Assembly: GCF_016127575.1 (NCBI RefSeq)
Contig: NZ_CP066018.1
Span: 2,610,001-2,642,000 of the forward strand
Origin: Cupriavidus necator
GTDB lineage: Bacteria; Pseudomonadota; Gammaproteobacteria; Burkholderiales; Burkholderiaceae
DNA: 32,000 bases
Reading direction: 5' to 3'
Shown here: positions 27,896-32,000 of the stretch, piece after piece
How the letters are laid out: each line of letters opens with the position of its first letter
How positions within the stretch are numbered: position 1 is the first letter of the stretch
Position numbers and translations under genes: made by a program
Notes under the pieces: generated by a model
What the model was told of the DNA's origin: nothing
Databases searched by the model: none
What the model saw: only the letters and a program-made list of their open reading frames with translations

Positions 27896-28201
27896 CTAGT
27901 CGCGGGCCGCGCCGCAGCGCCAGCAGGCCCCGAACTGGGCCTCGTGCCATTCCAGGCAGTGGCGGCATTGCCAGCTCGGCCCCGGCGCCGGGTTGGCGGC
28001 GGCATTGAGCACCGCCCACGCCTGCGCTTCCATCTCGTCATCGACCAGCCACACCTGTGGCGCACTCTCCCGGAACGGGATCTCGCCGGTCGCGCCGGCC
28101 AGCCAGGTATTGCGCAATTCCGCCCGGATGCCGGCCGCCCGCAGGACGTTCCGGCAATGGGCTGCATGGACGAGGGAAGTGGCGGACAGCAGCAGTTTCA
28201 T
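27896..28201 (-). CDS. DUF2007-like small protein with a C-terminal CxxC...CxxC zinc ribbon
   Basis: 101 aa. It has an N-terminal beta-alpha-beta-like module (MKLLLSATSLVHAAHCRNVLRAAGIRAEL...) and a C-terminal CRHCLEWHEAQFGACWRC. It is the last gene in the M48-rsgA string. Confidence 0.7.
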   Translation of the reverse strand: MKLLLSATSLVHAAHCRNVLRAAGIRAELRNTWLAGATGEIPFRESAPQVWLVDDEMEAQAWAVLNAAANPAPGPSWQCRHCLEWHEAQFGACWRCGAARD

Positions 28202-28234
28202 GGCAGCGCACCGGGTAACCCAGGTGCGCTTACC

Positions 28235-29206
28235 TTACCACGGCTTCTGCTGGTTGGATTCGTGCAGCAACTGCATGTAGAGCTGGTGGCGGCGCTCGGA
28301 GATCGCTCCCGAGGCGACCGCGGCCAGCACGCCGCAGCCGGGCTCGTTGACGTGGTGGCAGTTGTAGAAGCGGCACCCGGTCAGCAGCGGGCGGAACTCC
28401 GGGAAGGCGCGCTCCAGCATGCCCTCGCTCAGGTGGTACAGGCCGAATTCCTGGAAGCCCGGCGAATCGATCAGCGCACCCTGATGGCCGTCCACGGTGC
28501 CCCATTCGGCCGGCAGGTGATAGAGCCGCGTGAAGGTGGTGGTGTGCTTGCCGGAGTCGAGCTTGGCCGAGATCTCGCGGGTCTGTGCATCCACCCCCGG
28601 GATCAGCAGGTTCAGCAGCGACGACTTGCCCATGCCCGATTGCCCGATCAGGATGCTGGCCAGCCCCGCCAGGCGCGGCTTGAGCGCGGCCAGCGCCTGC
28701 GCCGGGTCGGCGCGCACCGACAGCTCCAGCGTGTCGTAGCCCAGCCCGCGGTACAGCGCCAGGCGCCCTCGCGCTTCTTCGAGCCGGTCGGGCAGGTCGG
28801 TCTTGTTGAGCACGATCAGCGGCCGGATCTCCATGGCCTCGGCCGACACCAGCGCGCGGCCGAGCAGGTCTTCGGAGAAGCCCGGCTCGGTTGCCAGCAC
28901 GATCACGACCTGGTCGATATTGGCGGCCAGCAGCTTGGACTTGAACTGGTCGGAGCGGTGCAGCAGGTTCTTGCGCGGCGAGGCCGCGGTGATCACGCAC
29001 TGGTCGGCGGCGGCGCGTTCCACGCTGACATGGTCGCCCACCGCGCAGTCGCTCTTCTTGCCGCGCGGGAAGGCATGCATGCGCGTGCCGTCGCCCAGCT
29101 CGACCACGTAGTGGCGGCCATGGGCGGCGATGATCAGCGCGGATTCGGTGGCCGTGCCGGCATGGCTGCCGCCGCCGGCGTTGCGGTGACGCGTGGCGCG
29201 GCTCAT
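28235..29206 (-). CDS. rsgA: Ribosome small-subunit-dependent GTPase A
   Basis: It shows circularly permuted GTPase order: NKTDL (G4), then [12 protein letters not shown] (G1), then DSPGF (G3). The C-terminal zinc knuckle is [14 protein letters not shown]. Confidence 0.93.
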   Translation of the reverse strand: MSRATRHRNAGGGSHAGTATESALIIAAHGRHYVVELGDGTRMHAFPRGKKSDCAVGDHVSVERAAADQCVITAASPRKNLLHRSDQFKSKLLAANIDQVVIVLATEPGFSEDLLGRALVSAEAMEIRPLIVLNKTDLPDRLEEARGRLALYRGLGYDTLELSVRADPAQALAALKPRLAGLASILIGQSGMGKSSLLNLLIPGVDAQTREISAKLDSGKHTTTFTRLYHLPAEWGTVDGHQGALIDSPGFQEFGLYHLSEGMLERAFPEFRPLLTGCRFYNCHHVNEPGCGVLAAVASGAISERRHQLYMQLLHESNQQKPW

Positions 29207-30450
29207 GCGTGCGCCAGCAGGCGGTCGATCCGCTGCGCGGCGGGCGGATGCGAGTAGTAGAAGGCGCTGTAGAGCGGATCCGGCGTCAGCGTCGAGGCGT
29301 TGTCCTTGTACAGCTTCACCAGCGCCGACACCAGGTTGCCGGCATCGGTCTGGTCGGCGGCAAAGGCGTCGGCCTCGAACTCATGGCGGCGCGACGACAG
29401 GCTCGACAGCGGCCCCAGCAGGAAGGTGAACACCGGCAGCGCCAGGAAGAACAGCACCAGCGCCAGCGCGTTGTTGGACACGCCCAGGTTGGGCACCACG
29501 CCCAGCCCGGTGTAGAACCAGCTGCGCGTGGCCAGCCAGCCCAGCAGCGCCAGGAACACCAGGCTCAGCGCAAAGGTGACGACGATGCGCTTGGTCACGT
29601 GGCGGCGCTTGAAGTGGCCCAGCTCATGTGCCAGCACCGCCTCGATCTCGTCGCCCGACAGGCGCTCCAGCAGCGTGTCGAAGAAGACAATGCGCTTGGC
29701 CGCGCCGAAGCCGGTGAAATACGCATTGCCGTGGGCGCTGCGCTTGCTGCCGTCCATCACGAACAGGCCCTTGCTGGCAAAGCCGCAGCGCTTCATCAGG
29801 GCCTCGATGCGCTGGCGCAGCGATTCGTCGGTGAGCGGCTCGAACTTGTTGAACAGCGGTGCGATAAAGGTCGGGAACACCACCAGCAGGAACAGGTTGA
29901 AGGCCATCCACACCAGCCAGGTCCAGACCCACCACAGCGAGCCGGCGCGCTCCATCAGCCACAGCACCGCCAGCAGCAGCGGCAGGCCCAGCGCGCAGGC
30001 CACCACCAGCATCTTGGCCATGTCGGCCAGCCACAGGCCGAACGTCATCTTGTTGAAGCCGAAGCGCTGCTCGATGCCGAACTGGCCGTACAGCGAGAAC
30101 GGCAGGTCCACCAGCCCGCCGATCAGCGCCACGCTGGCCACCAGCGCCACGCCATAGGCATAGCCTGGGCCGAAAGTGTCCAGCCAGGACTGGTTGAGCC
30201 ACTGCAGCCCGCCCAGCATGGTGAAGCCGATCAGCACCGCGGCCCCGGCCAGCACCTCGAGCATCGACAGCCGGGTGCGGGCGATGGTGTAGTCCGCGGC
30301 CTTCTGGTGCGAGGCCAGGCTGATGGTGTCGGCAAAGCGCGGCGGCACCGCATTGCGGTGCTGCGCCACATGCCGGACCTGGCGGGCGGCCAGCCAGAGC
30401 CTGGTCAGCACCATCAGCACCAGGGCGGCGAGAAAGACAATCGTGAACAT
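29203..30450 (-). CDS. M48-family (Ste24/HtpX-like) zinc metallopeptidase, integral membrane
   Basis: 415 aa from the ATG at 30450 ([19 protein letters not shown]). It has multiple TM segments and the HEXXH motif [14 protein letters not shown]. The stop overlaps the rsgA start (ATGA at 29203-29206). Confidence 0.9.
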   Translation of the reverse strand: MFTIVFLAALVLMVLTRLWLAARQVRHVAQHRNAVPPRFADTISLASHQKAADYTIARTRLSMLEVLAGAAVLIGFTMLGGLQWLNQSWLDTFGPGYAYGVALVASVALIGGLVDLPFSLYGQFGIEQRFGFNKMTFGLWLADMAKMLVVACALGLPLLLAVLWLMERAGSLWWVWTWLVWMAFNLFLLVVFPTFIAPLFNKFEPLTDESLRQRIEALMKRCGFASKGLFVMDGSKRSAHGNAYFTGFGAAKRIVFFDTLLERLSGDEIEAVLAHELGHFKRRHVTKRIVVTFALSLVFLALLGWLATRSWFYTGLGVVPNLGVSNNALALVLFFLALPVFTFLLGPLSSLSSRRHEFEADAFAADQTDAGNLVSALVKLYKDNASTLTPDPLYSAFYYSHPPAAQRIDRLLAHA

Positions 30451-30677
30451 CGGCAAGAGCCTTGTTGTGGGTGCGGGCGCCCCGCATTGTGCGCGGCGGG
30501 CGTCCGTTGGAACCGCCGAGCCCCGGGGTGGGGCAGGCGGTGGTCCGGGATATCCGGAAAACACCCCGGCGCTGGTGCGCAAACGGCCATTCCGGACGGA
30601 TATGCGAGAATTATAAATTGTTCGCGCCCGCCCCCGCCGCGGCCGCTTCCCTGAAATCCCTATCTTCCGCAGTCCCG

Positions 30678-31304
30678 ATGACAAGCCAAGCCACCGCCAA
30701 ATCCGTCAAAAGCGAAAACAACCTGATCTGGCTGGACATGGAAATGACCGGCCTGCAGCCGGATACCGATCGCATCATCGAAATCGCGATCGTCGTTACC
30801 GACTCCGAACTCAATATCCTGGCGGAAGGCCCGGTGCTGGTGATCCACCAGAGCGACGCCGTGCTCGATGGCATGGACAACTGGAACAAGGGCACCCACG
30901 GCCGCTCGGGCCTGATCGACAAGGTCAAGGCATCGACCCTGACCGAAGAGCAGGCCGAGGCCGAGCTGCTGGCCTTCCTCAAGCGCTGGGTGCCGGCCAG
31001 CAAGTCGCCGATGTGCGGCAACTCGATCTGCCAGGACCGCCGCTTCATGGCGCGCTACATGCCCAAGCTGGAGGCCTTCTTCCACTACCGCAACCTGGAC
31101 GTGTCCACGCTGAAGGAGCTGTGCAAGCGCTGGGAGCCGGCCATCCACAAGGGCTTTATCAAGCGCCAGCTGCATACGGCGCTGGCCGACATCCTGGAAT
31201 CGGTCGAAGAACTGCGCTACTACCGCACGCACTTTATCCGGCACACCGCGCCGGGCGCCGCACCGGCAGCGGACGCGCCGGCCGCCGGCACGCCCGCGCA
31301 ATAA
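30678..31304 (+). CDS. orn: Oligoribonuclease
   Basis: [28 protein letters not shown] (DEDDh ExoI), [11 protein letters not shown] (ExoII) and [17 protein letters not shown] (ExoIII) are present. The ATG at 30678 lies inside the longer track ORF. There is a short Ala/Pro-rich C-terminal tail. Confidence 0.95.
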   Translation: MTSQATAKSVKSENNLIWLDMEMTGLQPDTDRIIEIAIVVTDSELNILAEGPVLVIHQSDAVLDGMDNWNKGTHGRSGLIDKVKASTLTEEQAEAELLAFLKRWVPASKSPMCGNSICQDRRFMARYMPKLEAFFHYRNLDVSTLKELCKRWEPAIHKGFIKRQLHTALADILESVEELRYYRTHFIRHTAPGAAPAADAPAAGTPAQ

Positions 31305-31399
31305 GCGGGGCCGGCTGCTCCCGGAACAACAACCCACTGCAAGCGACGGGCCGCCCGCACGGGGCGGCCGTCGCCGGGGCGCGTCCCGCCCGCCTGCCC

Positions 31400-32000
31400 A
31401 TGCTTGAGCGCATCGTCTCCATCATCACGCCGGTCATCCTGATCATCCTGGTCGGGTGGCTGTACGGGCGCAAGGCCCATCCGGACATGGCCGGCATCAA
31501 CCGCGCCACGCTGGACGTGATCGCACCGCTGCTGGTGGTGTCGGCCTTCGTCAGCAAGGATTTCGTGCTGGCCGACCAGCTGGTGCTGCTGGGCTGCGCT
31601 GTGGCGGTGGTGCTGGGCTCCGGCGTGCTGGCGTGGGCGCTGGCGCGGCTGCTGAAGGCCGATCCGCGCACCTTCGTGCCGCCGATGATGTTCAACAACT
31701 GCGGCAACATGGGGCTGCCGCTGTCGGTATTTGCCTTCGGTCCGGCGGGGCTGGCGCCGGCGGTGGCGCTGTTCGCGGCATCGAACCTGATGCACTTCAC
31801 CATCGGCATGAAGATCGTCAACCGCCATGCGTCGATGGCGCAGATCGCGCGCAACCCCATGGTGCTGGCCACCGTGGCGGGCGTGGCGCTGGCGCTGGCG
31901 CGGCCATGGTTCACGCTGCCGGACCCGGTATACCAGTCGGTCAAGCTGCTGGGCGACGCCACCGTGCCGCTGATGCTGTTTGCGCTGGGCGTGCGCATGA
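31400..32000 (+). CDS. AEC (auxin efflux carrier) family transporter, 3'-partial
   Basis: My translation from the ATG at 31400 is MLERIVSIITPVILIILVGWLYGRKAHPDMAGINRATLDVIAPLLVV...FNNCGNMGLPLSVFAFG...LLGDATVPLMLFALGVRM, open to the window end. It is absent from the ORF track because it has no stop. Two listed minus ORFs here are its antisense shadows. Confidence 0.8.
   Translation, partial: MLERIVSIITPVILIILVGWLYGRKAHPDMAGINRATLDVIAPLLVVSAFVSKDFVLADQLVLLGCAVAVVLGSGVLAWALARLLKADPRTFVPPMMFNNCGNMGLPLSVFAFGPAGLAPAVALFAASNLMHFTIGMKIVNRHASMAQIARNPMVLATVAGVALALARPWFTLPDPVYQSVKLLGDATVPLMLFALGVRM

Noticed and set aside
31344-31373. GC-rich hairpins without U-runs (31344-31373 after orn; also 18691-18714, 16499-16519 and 21932-21950) considered as a REP-like repeat family or terminators
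   Set aside because: The four hairpins share no sequence with each other, so they are not a repeat family. None is followed by a T-run. They may still act as mRNA 3'-end stabilisers, but I cannot support a specific call.

Overview
High-GC (roughly two-thirds G+C by eye) chromosomal segment. Gene content and order look betaproteobacterial, most like Cupriavidus/Ralstonia; that assignment is inferred from remembered synteny, not from a search. Almost all of it is conserved housekeeping DNA. Left to right: a 3'-partial Rieske oxygenase (-), xseB-ispA-dxs (+), folE2 (+), tsaD (-), a HI0933/YhiN-type flavoprotein (+), and the macromolecular-synthesis block rpsU-yqeY-dnaG-rpoD (+). A tRNA with anticodon CAU, of Ile2 (lysidine) type, follows only 10 nt after the rpoD stop. 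A less conserved-looking stretch (13.9-22.4 kb) then holds a Tat-exported phosphocholine phospholipase C with a small lipoprotein gene and a Pho-box-like promoter, a CMP/dCMP-type deaminase, a LysR regulator, a DUF1428 protein, a candidate 36-aa membrane peptide, and an IclR regulator divergent from a fused family-I CoA-transferase. The remainder is rhlE (+), gluQ and a LysR gene (-), pirin (+), a CobD/CbiB-like membrane protein (+), an M48 peptidase-rsgA-DUF2007 operon (-), orn (+) and a 3'-partial AEC transporter (+). I found no CRISPR array, transposase, integrase, phage gene or recognisable defence system, and I do not think the window holds a clear-cut novel multi-gene system. The observations most worth a second look are: (1) a ~225-residue Lys/Ala/Ser/Thr-rich extension with an AT-hook-like motif at the N-terminus of RpoD; (2) what looks like the 28-codon N-terminal remnant of an NCS2 nucleobase permease upstream of the deaminase; (3) a Pho box in front of the lipoprotein-plcN pair; (4) a 36-aa hydrophobic ORF next to ~320 bp of unassigned DNA ending in an orphan + strand terminator; (5) a recurrent CTACAAT -10-like element in front of four + strand genes. 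Many long ORFs in the supplied track are antisense or alternate-frame artefacts of the high GC content. Two real genes at the window edges are missing from the track because they have no in-window stop.
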